Source of the DNA: Cladosporium halotolerans | Taxonomy: Eukaryota | Direction of reading: 5' to 3' | NCBI RefSeq assembly: GCF_011745625.1 | Contig: NW_027191477.1 | Span: forward strand, 186,001-250,000 | DNA: 64,000 bases | Part shown: positions 27,201-39,300 of the stretch, in pieces | How positions within the stretch are numbered: the first letter of the stretch is position 1 | How the letters are laid out: every line of letters starts with the position of its first letter | The notes under the pieces: generated by a model | What the model was told of the DNA's origin: nothing | What the model saw: the letters and a program-made list of their open reading frames with translations, nothing else | The model's database searches: none | Translations under genes and position numbers: made by a program

Positions 27201-28119
27201 GACACGTTGAAGGGCAGTGCCAGAACGGCCAGTTGGAAGACAAGTCACACCGCCTGCGGTGGCATCTGGACGCTCGGAATCGCCCAAAACCGCCCACGTC
27301 CAGCTGCTCCCAACCCGGCCGTGCGGTTCCTTCGCTTCCCTTCCGATCGCCGTCGCACGGAGACAGCGCTCAACAAGGGAGCATCGCCGCACGCGCTCAG
27401 GCGCGATCGACGACGTGCTGGCCAGCCTGGATGTGATGTGTCGACGCAATCACGTGCGTGCGCGATGGCCCCGGCAGCAGGCTGGTGAGCCTGAGCCGGG
27501 ACCCTTGAAGGCTTGAACGTTATCATCTCACCGGCGGCGATGGAGGCGCGCGTGAATCAGGTTGCATGATGCATGGCTAGCCCGGGCTGGGGCGCGTCGC
27601 CGGATTCCGATGCGTCGAATTCGACGTCGACGGGAAGGCGAACATCGAACACATGCCAAGGCAGACGAACGTCGAACACATGCCAAACAAGGGCGCGCAC
27701 GGCAGGCCGATCGATGCACCCAGCCGCAGGCCGGCCGCCTAAGCTCCCGGCGCCCGGCCGCGCACGCTGCAACGGCTCTTGCGGTCCCGCTGCACGCTGC
27801 TGCATGCATGTGATACGGGCGGGCGTGGCCTTCTCGCGCACCGAGCCAGCGCGCGCGAAGGATCAACGCCTCGACACGCGAACGGGGGCTCTGCTCCGAC
27901 CAGAGACACGGGCGGCGTCAGGAAGCGTGGACGGTGGGCGGCGCAGGCATGCCGGCCATATGGTGCCAGCGCAGCGCAGCGCCCCCAGGCGTGGACAGCT
28001 GACGGTCGAGCGATCATCGACCATCGCAACGGCCGTGCCGACTCTCCACCGGCTCACTGGCTCACTGGCTCACAGGCACTGGCCGGTCGCGCGACAGGCG
28101 CGCGCATCATTGCGACATA

Positions 28120-28190
28120 TGCTAGGTACGGAGGTGCTAAGGAGATGCTAGTCACGGAGGTGCTAGGTACGGCGGTGCTAGGTACGGCGG
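28120..28190. repeat. Imperfect 15-bp minisatellite TGCTAGGTACGGMGG, about 4-5 copies
   Basis: tgctaggtacggagg / tgctaaggaga / tgctagtcacggagg / tgctaggtacggcgg / tgctaggtacggcgg. Confidence 0.8.
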
Positions 28191-28691
28191 ACGCTCATCC
28201 TCTCTCCGCCGCCGTCTCGTCGGCCAGGGCGAGGCCTTACCTTACTACATAGCCGGGGCGATAGGCACAGGCGGCGCGGCGAGGCGCGAACGACGGGGAG
28301 CGGGAGCGGGCGCCTCGAATGGCAGCCGGCCACGTCGCGCGTGTGGGTGGAGCTGGCGGCGGCGGGGCCTGCCACTAAGGCAACCTTGAATGCCTTGCTG
28401 CCGTATGCTGGCGCCACACTCTGCGAGGCCCGTCGCACGACATTCCTCCACGGCATCCCATAGGCGTGCGTCGTGCGAGCCGTGTGGTGGCGCGGCAAGG
28501 TGAAACGGCAGCTGCGCAGCTGGTGGCAGCAACAAGAACGACACGCCGCAACGACACGCTGGCCACGCGGGCGCGCCGTGCACATGGCAGGGATGACGGG
28601 ATGGGGATGGGGATGGGGGTGTTGTGCTGTACCGCACTGTACCGTACCGTACCGTGTGCGCGAGTGAGCGGGCTACAGGCGTTGACAGGCA

Positions 28692-28730
<39 letters not shown>
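28692..28730. repeat. (CAGGCT)n hexanucleotide microsatellite
   Basis: About 6 tandem units. Confidence 0.9.
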
Positions 28731-30629
28731 ACAGGCGGACTGGCAGCTCGCGCGTGCCCTCTCCGGCTGGGCAGCCGCCGCTTCGGTCCAGGAGGGCCTT
28801 TTTTGTGGATGGTTTTCGTGTTCCCGCTGTTTTGCGGATCCCGATGGAGGAAGCTCGACTGCTCTGCCTCTGCCCGCCGATCGTTGCGGGGAACCTTTTC
28901 ACTTCGCGCACGCCTGCCCTCACCGCTCTTTCCCCCGCCGCCTGATTGGCCGTGTGGCCAGCGACACACCAGCCTGCCTCCGCCCGTCGACACACGCTCG
29001 CAAGCCCGCGGCATCAGCAGTCGGCGCCAGCTATGTCGCGTCGCCGACGAGGTCAGACATGCAGCTCGAACAGCAGCCCAGCCAGGCCATCTAGAAAAAA
29101 AAAAGTATTCCCCAGCCTGTCCCCGTCACCGTTGAGACATGCAGCGACAATCGCCGCGCTACGAGCCACCGCATCCCGCCCGCGCCAGCGTTGGTAGCCT
29201 CTCTTCGAACCCGCAGTAGCACTCCCAAGGTCCCCTCCCTCACTCTCTCCCGCCAAAAATAATTCCCACACGCGACTCCCCCCGACCCAAGGGTACAGCG
29301 CCAGATGACCAGCGCCGTAGTCCTCACCGCCCGCCCCTCAAACCTGCACACGGGCATCCTCCCCTCAACAGCCTCACCATCTCACCCGTCGCCCTCGTAC
29401 CGCCGGTAGAGACCCAAACCCCAGAATCTTCACACGCGCGCACGCCTCCGCCTGCGCTGCGCGGCTCGCCAGAGCCGAGAAAAGGCACCCAGCCCGAAAA
29501 GCACGCCGGGAAGTCTGCTGCCTGCTTGAAGGAAGGGCTCGCGCGTGTCTGCCGCCGCTGCCCTGCGTTGCTCGAGAGAGAGCGCGCGCCTGCGCCGGCT
29601 GGCCGGCAAAGCAGTGGCCCGCGGTTGCATGGGCGTAGCGTGCGCCGTAGCGCTTCTTTGCTCTTTCGTGCTCCTGCGGCGGGCGGGCGAGCGCAGCTGC
29701 TGCTGCTGCTCTGCGCCTCACTTACTCGTGCGAACTGGGGGAGGAGACCTGCTTGCGTCTCAGGCCGCCTGTGTGTGTCCTGTGCTGTGCGGTGCGCTGC
29801 TGTATGTATGTGTGGATGTATGTATGTATGTATGTGGGTGCGGGCGCGACGCGCTCCGCTTTCGGCGGCATGACATACTTGCATGCATGCGTTTGCGGAG
29901 GCGTGACTTGACTTGAGTGCCGGCGCGACGCAGGGGCGCTCTTGACGATTCCTTTGTTGGTTTTGACGTGAGCGGAACGGGCGACGTGCTTAGAGTTGGT
30001 TGCAGCGTGCGTGGGTTCGGCGTAAGGAGCAGTGTTCGAGAACGTGTGAGGTCGAGTGGTGTGGGTCGTGATTTGCGGTAGATCTCGAAGATGATCAACA
30101 ATTGATGCACTGACACTACAGATGCTTGTAGACCCATTCGGATTGATAGGGAAGTGCTCTTGCGCAGCATTTTTGGTGGCGAGTGTGCACTTGCTTGGAC
30201 AAAACGATGTGCTTGGCCGGACGGCTGCTGGCTGCTTTCTATGTAACGAACGTTCAATGGGAACGACCGCAGCGCATCTGAAGGCAATCGTGATGAGTTG
30301 ACAGTTATAGAAATGTGGGATCAGAACGCCAACGGTCAAGCTCTTAACAGTAGGCATGTGCAAAGACAAGGTGAGGTCGGAAGATGCAAGTAGTCAACGG
30401 AAGGAACGAGGTGACAACTGAGGCATCCCGACAACGGATGTTCCTTCCACAGTTGCAGCATCATCAACCTAAGGTACGCAAAATACACCAGGTAAGGAAC
30501 GATGCCCGTCAAGTCTTACTATTTGCTGAGATCAGATTCTCTCACACACATGATCATTGAATAACCATCACCACTCATCAATCAATCCATCATTTTTCCT
30601 CCGCAGGCATCTCAACGACGTAATGAAAG

Positions 30630-33600
30630 ATGCAGCACGCTGGTCCCAGCGAAGAACCTACCAGCAACCCACCTGAACAACGCAGCTTCAAGACAAAAGC
30701 ATCTCGCTACTTCATTCGTACTCCCTCCTTTGCATCGTTCAGGTCGTCTCCGGCTGCTATCGAGACGAATAGCTGCCGTAGCGGGCAAGACACAAACACA
30801 AGCGTCAGCCGGCTCAAAAGGGTACAACGCAGCGTTTCTGCATTCGCCTCTAGATTGCCCCTGATCAACCGTACGCTCTGCCCTCTCCTGGCAACTTCCC
30901 TCCACCCACTGACCAGTGTGCAGGATATCGTTCCAGATCTCGAATGGAGTCTTCTGGCCCTGCTCCGGGGAAACGCTCGATCAGCCACCAACTCCCATCT
31001 ACCTTTAGACCAAGATGGCCGAGCACCGGTGGCCTTGACCATGTGCCAGCCAGCTCATACACGTTCGGCGAAGGCTCAAACGAGTACTTGCCTCCACGAC
31101 CAGTAATCGCACCACCACCCGCTTCCCTCCCACCGCAGCGAAAGCGGTCTGTCCGCTTCGCAGATCCAAGCCCTAGTCCCTTCGACGGATCTCAGAGCTA
31201 TCAAGACTTCGGCTCTAGTGACAGTGGAGAACTCCGCAGGAGCAGACTCGGACACCGTCTTTCGGAATGCTTTGAAGCTCTGAATGGCAAATTGAACATG
31301 ACGAACGGGACTGATACGGTTTTGCATCGGCAAAATGTGCGCGCAAGGCCCGCTGTTCCGTATATCGACACGGCTATGATCACAACGGGCAGACCGACAA
31401 GACCTCCGAGCACTGCTCCGTCTAGAGCAGCATCTGCGCAGTCCACTAGTGCTTCTCCTGTCAGCACTGCGTCGACTGCAGCAACCTCCTTCGGCTCATC
31501 TCCACGCTCGTTCTCCTCACCAAAACGCCTCGAAGCAGACGAGGGTCAACTCGTCGCCCGACTACTTTCACCTGGCGATGACGTGCTGCTTCCTCCCATC
31601 GAAGAGGACACCAGTCGATTCCTCCTCATCCCACAGCAAGACAGCGTCATCACAGCGAAACCATCAATCGCCACCGTCGAAGCCGCAGCAGCAGCGAAGA
31701 CCTTTCTCGAAACCCAATACAACAACTTGCTACACGAGCCAAGCTCTCCTCGCTCGATGCGTCGCAAACGCCTCGAACAGGATCTGTTTGACCTCAAGGT
31801 GGCTCATGAAGAGCGCGTCAGAGCTCGGTGCCAGTGGTTGCGTACGGAGAACGATCATCTGCGCCAGACGCGTGCGCTGAAGTCTAGCTCGATTGCTCGT
31901 CATGGCGTCAAAGGCATTTCTATCGCTGGCTACGACGTCGTCCGCGTGCTTGGTAAAGGCAGTTTCGGTGTGGTCAGGCTGGTGACTGAGCGGAGTCGGG
32001 CTCATGCAGAGCAGAAGGAGACTTCCAGCGTTGGCAACATCGATCGCAATGATTGCACGGTCAACAGGGCTCTGCCATGTGGGAAGCCATTATCCGACGT
32101 CTTCGCCATGAAAGTCATCCGCAAGTCTGAAATGCTGCGCGGCTGTCAGGAAGGTCACTTGCGAGCGGAGCGTGACTTCCTTGTCAATGCTGAGGGCTCC
32201 CGATGGGTTGTACCCCTAATTGCGAGCTTCCAGGACAATACCAACCTCTACCTCGTGATGGAGTACATGATCGGCGGCGACTTCCTGGGCCTACTGCTGC
32301 GAGAAGATGTGCTGGACGAGGCTGTCGCCAGGTAGTACGTGGCGGAAATGATCCTCTGCGTCGAAGAAGTGCACAAGATGAACTGGATCCATCGAGACAT
32401 CAAGCCGGACAACTTCCTGATCAGCGCTTCGGGGCATCTCAAAATATCCGATTTCGGACTGGCGTTCGACGGGCACTGGTCACACAGCCAGAAATACTAC
32501 ACCACCCAACGCAGCTACCTCATGGACAAGCTCGACATCAAAATCGCCGGAGACAGCCAGGACCTCGCCGAAGAGTCCAGCGCCGCCGACTTCGACGACG
32601 ACATCGCCACAACCCCCAGGCACAGCAAACGCGACCCCGAATCGCACGCCCGCCGCGAAGGCCTCCTCAACTACCGCAACCGCACCGAACGGCGCAAACT
32701 CGCCCGCAGCGTCGTCGGCACAAGCCAATACATGGCGCCCGAAGTGATCCTCGGCCACCCCTACGACGGCCGCTGCGACTGGTGGAGCATCGGCATCATC
32801 CTCTACGAGTGCCTCTACGGCCGCACGCCCTTCTTCAGCGAAAACCGGCAGCTGACCAAAGAGTCCATCGTCGCGCACCGCTCCACCCTCTCCTTCCCCC
32901 GCCACGACCGCTACTCCCGCCCCTCCAGCGACTCCCGCCTCTGGCTCCCGCCCCCCTCCAAGAGCGCCCTAGACCTCATGCGCGCCATCCTCGTCGACAA
33001 AGACGCCCGCCTCTCCTCGCGCCAGTACCGGCAGGCGCAGGGGCCGGGGCTCGCGCGCCGCGCCTCGAACCTGCGCCACGTGCACGCCAACGGCGCGGAC
33101 GAGATCAAGGCGCACGCCTTCTTCCGCGGCGTGCCGTGGGCGGGCCTGCACGCGCGCGCGCCGCCGTTCGTCCCGCGCGTGCGCGAGCGCCAGAGCATCG
33201 CCAAGTACTTCGAGGACGAGGCGGATATTGTCAGCGAGGAGTCGTCGCGGTATGAGAGCTGCGAGGGGGAGGGTGGGGTGGCTGGCGCGGAGAGCGAGAA
33301 GGCGGCGGTCGGCTTGCAGGGGCTGTCGGATGCGGAGTTCCGGAGGGTCCGGGAGCACTATGGCGCGGCTTATGGGAGGTGGAGGGTGGAGAGGGTTGCG
33401 TTTTTGCAGCAGCAGCGGCAGCAGGGTGAGGAGGAGACGGCGGGCTGTGGGGTGAGGAGAGAGCGCAAGAGGCCGCGGGACAAGGTGCTCCGGGACGTGG
33501 TGGTGGGCAAGAAGGTGATGGAGATGCGGAAGAGGAGGGCGTTTTTCGGTTACACGTATCGAAGGCCGAGGCCGGTTGTGTTGGAAGGCGGCGGGAGGAG

Positions 33601-33646
33601 GGGGAGGGTGACTGTTGCGGTTGTTGGGGAGGGTGGGGAGGGGTGA
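30630..33646 (+). CDS. AGC/NDR (Cbk1-related, PUK1/STK-21-like) Ser/Thr kinase; intron 30871-30923; single in-frame TAG at 32333-32335
   Basis: LGKGSFG, AMKVIRK, HLRAERDFL, EYMIGGDFL, then AVAR*YVAEM, HRDIKPDN, DFG, a long activation-loop insert, SVVGTSQYMAPE, CDWWSIG and C-terminal hydrophobic motif FFGYTYRR. Both halves are in the same frame. Confidence 0.88.
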
Positions 33647-36370
33647 AGGTTGAGTAGGATGATGGTTGAACGTAATTATCCGTTTTCGGCTCGGCTTTGG
33701 TTTTGGTGTTGATATGGCGTTATTGACTTATTCGGTGTTCGGTGTTCATACCCTGAGGAGTCGAGGTTCGTTCGAGGTGGGATTGTATAGAACCTAGGGT
33801 AGCGACAATTGTACAGATGACTCTATTCTCCAGAGTGTCAAGGGGTCGTATGCCTACACCGTATCCATCAAATAAGCTCGCAACAAACATAAAACTCGCC
33901 ATACCCTCGTCTGACGAGTAGATTACCGTTCGTTCGCTCCGTGAAGACATTGCATACCCGCGAAACCCCCTACCTAGACGCGTAGGCCTTTTACGGGACG
34001 ATGGAAGTTTTATGCAAACGATAGATACGGGCTCGTAGTTCTACTCAGAGCACTACGATCAGGATCGTTTGAGAAGCAGTGTCCGGACAATCGGTGCTGA
34101 AAGAGCAGAGATGGATGAGAACGGAAGGCCGTTTGGCTGCTCCTCTCTGGTCGGTGATGGACGTACTAGAGACAAAGTTCCGTTCTTTTACAAGCGGATG
34201 CAACAGAGTCGACGAATTTTGCGCGATCGCGTATGGGTTCGTGGTTTGACGGCCGTCATGTTCGGTGAGTGAGCGTTCAGAGATGGTGTGTGAAGAGCGT
34301 GGGATTGCGCTGTGCTGTCCTCAAGGGTCTATCGTGTCCCAGATTCTGTGCTGTCGGCCTTTTCACGCAAACCATTGGAGCGTACTGACGACTTCGATGG
34401 ATCGATTGACGAGCGCATCCGCGGCTCCCCTTCGGCCATATGTAAACATTGAGAGCGCCATCGAAAGTAGGACTCCAGAATCGCACGTCGCTTCCGTTCT
34501 CTGGTGTAACGTTGTTCACCACATTTGACTTTCGTGTCACTTCCATACGTACGATGACGCCTTGCCTGATTTTCGCGGAACGACGATGAGCGGCAGCTTG
34601 AGACAGCGATGGAACAGATGAGATGTCGAGAGTGGAGTACCTGTGCGAGGCGATGTAGACGAGAGGTGCATGCCAAGCCTTGCGCCGATCCGCTCCGCTG
34701 GGTTTATGCAAAGGAGATCTGCCCTAGACCTGAAGTAATGCAGAGCGCGGTCGCTGTCCGCCGTCATCTTGTTGCTCCCATCGTGTGTCTCAACGTCGAA
34801 AAGTGGAGCTTGAACGTGAAGGCTAGGAGGCGTCCATCGAAGGGCGCAGCAGTGTTGTGGATGCGAAGCTGGGCTGGTTGGCTCACGATGGCTCTGTTGG
34901 AGCAGTGTATTTTCTTCTTGCTGCTCTTTCCTCCATAGGGCAGGCACCGTGACGATTGATTTTGAGTCCCAGGCCCAGTCTTCCAGGGCCCGAGTTTGGA
35001 TCATGTATTTGTCCGTCAGTTTGTCCTCTGGACAGATCCAGGGATTCAGCGCGGAGACGGCCTGCGATCCATCTCTGCTTTGAATTGGTACCTGGCTGTG
35101 AGGCACGTGGAAGATGCAGCCACCGCAACTGTCTTTCGAGCACTGTTCGCCAGTGGCGTACGTACGCGCAATCTCAGCCTTAAGGATATTACTGATCAAT
35201 GACATCCTTGTGCAGATTGCCGCGGAGCATCGATAGAAGAATTAGTCGAATGCCATGGATTGTGGCGTCCAGGCTATTGTAGAGCGCCAGTATGCTTCCA
35301 TGCGCGATGACATGGTGGAAGATTCGGCGTCGCGGCCTGTAAAGCCAAAAGTGTATCTACAGGGCACGTATGCAGTCCGGGAGGTCGAGAATGGTTCTAT
35401 ACAGACTACAGACCCTGTTGCACAGGCATCGTGCTCGGAACTTCAACACCCACTCGGAACGGAGTCAAAGATGATCAATTGGACGACGCGTAAGAGATGC
35501 GGACGGGAAGGATGACGACGATGTTTTCCCCAGCGCCCTGGCCCGGCGGGCGAAGCTCAATCCGGAGCCGCAGAAGTTTAGGGCTCGCAACGGGCGCGGC
35601 TCTTGCTGCCTTCCGCCGGGCTCCGGGGGCTTCCTGACTTTCACTAACCTCGCGTTTCTGGGGGTTGAGCCACTGCACAACTGGCCCGCCGTTTTCATGT
35701 TGTCTTCGGGTGCACTGCGCCCGAGCGTGCTGACGGCCGCAGCGAGTGCCATCGGCAAAGCGATGCGATGCGATGCGATGCGAGGCACCGAATTCGCTGC
35801 ACGCATCACGCAGACGGCCAGCTCTCCTGGGCGTAAGCAGTGGTGAGACGGTACGACGATGGAGCGCGCATCTCTCGTGACGAGCGGAGATATCTGCAGC
35901 TGACCGTCCGTGGGGCGGGTGTCAGGCTCCAACCTTCCCGCCGGCCGCGCTTGGGTCGCCTGTCTCGGACGCTGAGACCCTCTGCTCCGAGTGCATAACA
36001 GCGGCTGCTGGAGCGATACACTTCCCATTCCTCGGGACTGCCAATCCCGTCGCTCTCCCAGCACGCCAGATCGTAGCGCAATCTGCACTTGGCGCAGCAG
36101 TCCAGAACATAGGTCCGTCTTCCACTAGCTGGCGCTGTCAAACGCTATCCGGTACATGGCGCTGGCGTCATAGGTGATTGTCTGCACTGCTTACCACAAC
36201 GGCCAAGAAGCTTTGTCAAAGCTGTGAGCTCCCGTTTGGGTGAGTTTGGAGCGCCCGTTGTGTGTGTGTTCATATACCTGCGTCGCAGGGCCCTCCTCTT
36301 CATACGTCTCTCCTCACCTCTATCTCCTCTGTTGCCCACCCTATCACCACACAAGACTCTCCGTGACGCC

Positions 36371-39300
36371 ATGTCGTCCACGGGCGGTATCATCCGCACC
36401 GCATCTGGTCGCCAGACCTATCTTCCAGATGGTCTGGACGAAAACGCACAGTTCTCTGGCAACGGCGACACCGTCTCAAGAACGACCAGCGATACCTTGA
36501 ACAACAATGCCTCTAACAGTGTCGCGCCGGCACCGGAGTCGGGCTACATCACCAGCGAAGGCAAGGAGGCCGCTGAAGACCCCATTGAGACGTCGAAAGT
36601 CGCAGACGACTCTTCCTCTGATGAGTTCATCGAGCCCATCAACGCTGCTGATGCTGGCACCCTCACCAAGATCGCAACTCAGCTTTCCAGGAACCAGTCC
36701 TTCTACGCACGCCGTGGTAGCTCGGTGGCAAACGATGGTCTCCAGCGTACCAATACTCTTGAGGGCATTCAGATGGGCTCCCCCGAACTCGATCCCAGCA
36801 GCCCGAAGTTCGATCTGTACAAATGGATCCGATTTACCATGCGCGCCATTGATGAGGAAGACATCAAGATCGCCCGCGCTGGTGTCACAATGAAGAATGT
36901 CACAGTGCGTGGCACTGGCTCAGCATTGAGCCTGCAGAACAACGTCGGCAGCACGCTGATGGCGCCACTGAGGGTCGGCGAGTTCTTCAACTTTGGCTCG
37001 AAGCCTACCAAGACCATTCTTCACGATTTCGACATTTTGATGAAGAGTGGCGAGATGCTCATCGTCCTGGGAAGACCAGGCTCTGGCTGCAGCACTCTAC
37101 TTAAAACTATGACTGGCGAGATGCACGGTCTTCAAGTCGACGAGCAGTCGACGGTTCACTACAACGGCATCCTTCAGCAACAGATGATGCGCGAGTTCAA
37201 GGGTGAGGTTGTTTACAACCAGGAGGTTGACAAACACTTCCCGTAAGTCTAGCATCTCTTGATTGACTCTCTGAGCTTTACTGATCTCCGCTAGGCACTT
37301 GACTGTTGGAGAGACTCTCGAGCACGCTGCGGCACTGCGTGCGCCGAGCCATCGTATCGAAGGCGTCTCGCGCCAGGAGTTTGTCAAGCACGTCACCCAG
37401 ATTGTCATGGCTGTGTATGGTCTCAGTCACACGTACAACACCAAGGTCGGCGACGACTTCGTCCGTGGCGTGTCAGGTGGCGAGCGCAAGCGTGTCAGTA
37501 TCGCCGAGATGGCACTCTCTGGCTCGCCATTTGCAGCCTGGGACAACTCCACTCGAGGTCTCGATTCCGCTACTGCTCTGACATTCACGAAGTCTCTTCG
37601 TCAGACTGCAAACCTGGTGGGCTCCTCCCACGCTGTTGCCATCTACCAGGCCAGTCAAGCTATCTACGATCTCTTTGACAAAGCTGTGGTCCTTTACGAG
37701 GGCAGACAGATCTTCTTTGGTCCTACCAAGCGCGCTAAGCAGTACTTTGAAGAAATGGGCTGGTATTGCCCACCCCGTCAGACTACTGGCGACTTCCTGA
37801 CTAGTGTCACCAACCCATCGGAACGCCAGGCAAGAGAAGGCTACGACAAGCAGGTGCCCCGAACACCGGACGAGTTCGAGGCATACTGGAGGCGCAGTCC
37901 GGATTACGCACAACTTCACAAAGAGATCCAAGCGCACGAGGAAGAATACCCAGTCGGTGACGCTGGCAAGCTCGAAGAGTTCCGCGCATCGAAGAAGGAT
38001 GCTCAGGCACAGCACACCAGACGCAAGTCGCCCTACGTCGTCTCAGTTCCGATGCAGATCAAGCTCAACATGAAACGAGCGGTGCAGCGTATCTGGAACG
38101 ATAAGGCGTCTACTTTCACCCCAATCATCGGCAACATCATCATGGCTTTGATCGTCGGCAGTGTCTTCTACGGTACACCGAACGCGACTGCGGGCTTCTT
38201 CGCTAAGGGATCTGTTCTGTTCTTCGCGGTCTTGCTCAACGCCCTCAGTGCCATCTCCGAAATCAACTCTCTCTATGCACAGCGGCCGATTGTGGAAAAG
38301 CACAAATCATATGCATTCTATCATCCTTCAACTGAGGTGTGTATCAGCTCACAATATTTGATTGGGTCCCTCATATCGCTAACAGCTTCCCCAGGCCATC
38401 GCCGGTATAGTCGTCGACATCCCGCTGAAATTCGCTCAAGCCGTCTGTTTCAATCTGATCATCTATTTCATGGCTGGACTTCGCCGAGAGCCTTCTCAGT
38501 TCTTCATCTTCTTCCTGATCGCGTACGTGGCAACCTTCGTCATGGCGGCCATTTTCCGCACCATGGCAGCCGTCACCAAGACCGTTTCTCAAGCAATGGC
38601 GCTCTCTGGTGTGATGGTACTCGCAATCGTCATCTATACTGGATTCGTCGTGCCTGTGAGCTACATGGGCGCATGGTTCTCCTGGATAAGATGGCTCAAT
38701 CCGCTCTTCTACGCCTTCGAAATCATGATCGCGAACGAGTTCCACGGCCGACAGTTCACCTGCTCGCAATTCGTCCCGGCCTACCCTTCTCTCACTGGCG
38801 ACTCGTTCATCTGCTCCTCGCGAGGCGCAGTTGCCGGCCAGCGTACCGTGTCTGGCGATGCGTTCATTGCGGAGCAGTACAGCTACTACTACTCGCACGT
38901 CTGGCGCAACTTTGGCATCCTGCTCGCTTTCCTCTTCGCTTTCCTGGCTCTCTACTTCATCGCTGTCGAGCTGAACTCCTCGACTAGCTCCACGGCTGAG
39001 GTGCTCGTCTTCCGCCGTGGCCACGCTCCCGCATACCTGACGAACGCGGACAAGCAATCCGACGCCGAGTCAGGCACGGCAGAGAAATCAGCCCAGTCTA
39101 CCGAAAAGGAAGGCGAGGACGTCAACGTCATCCCGCCGCAGACCGACATCTTCACCTGGCGCGACGTCACCTACGACATCGAGATCAAAGGCAACCCTCG
39201 CAGGCTGCTGGACAACGTCTCCGGCTGGGTCAAGCCCGGCACCCTCACCGCGCTCATGGGAACCAGCGGTGCCGGCAAAACGACCCTCCTCGACGTCCTC

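Noticed and set aside
23800..30400. Numerous 100-300 aa ORFs in the stuA upstream region
   Set aside because: Low-complexity Arg/Ala/Pro translations on both strands, expected from high GC and microsatellites; no domains recognised.
32331..32400. Intron starting at AG|GTAGTA that would remove the kinase TAG
   Set aside because: The donor is poor, and splicing would delete the conserved YVAEMILCVEEVH helix leading to the catalytic loop.
34200..35450. Minus-strand 222-aa ORF or decayed gene
   Set aside because: No recognisable motif or coherent splice model; it cannot be supported without a homology search.
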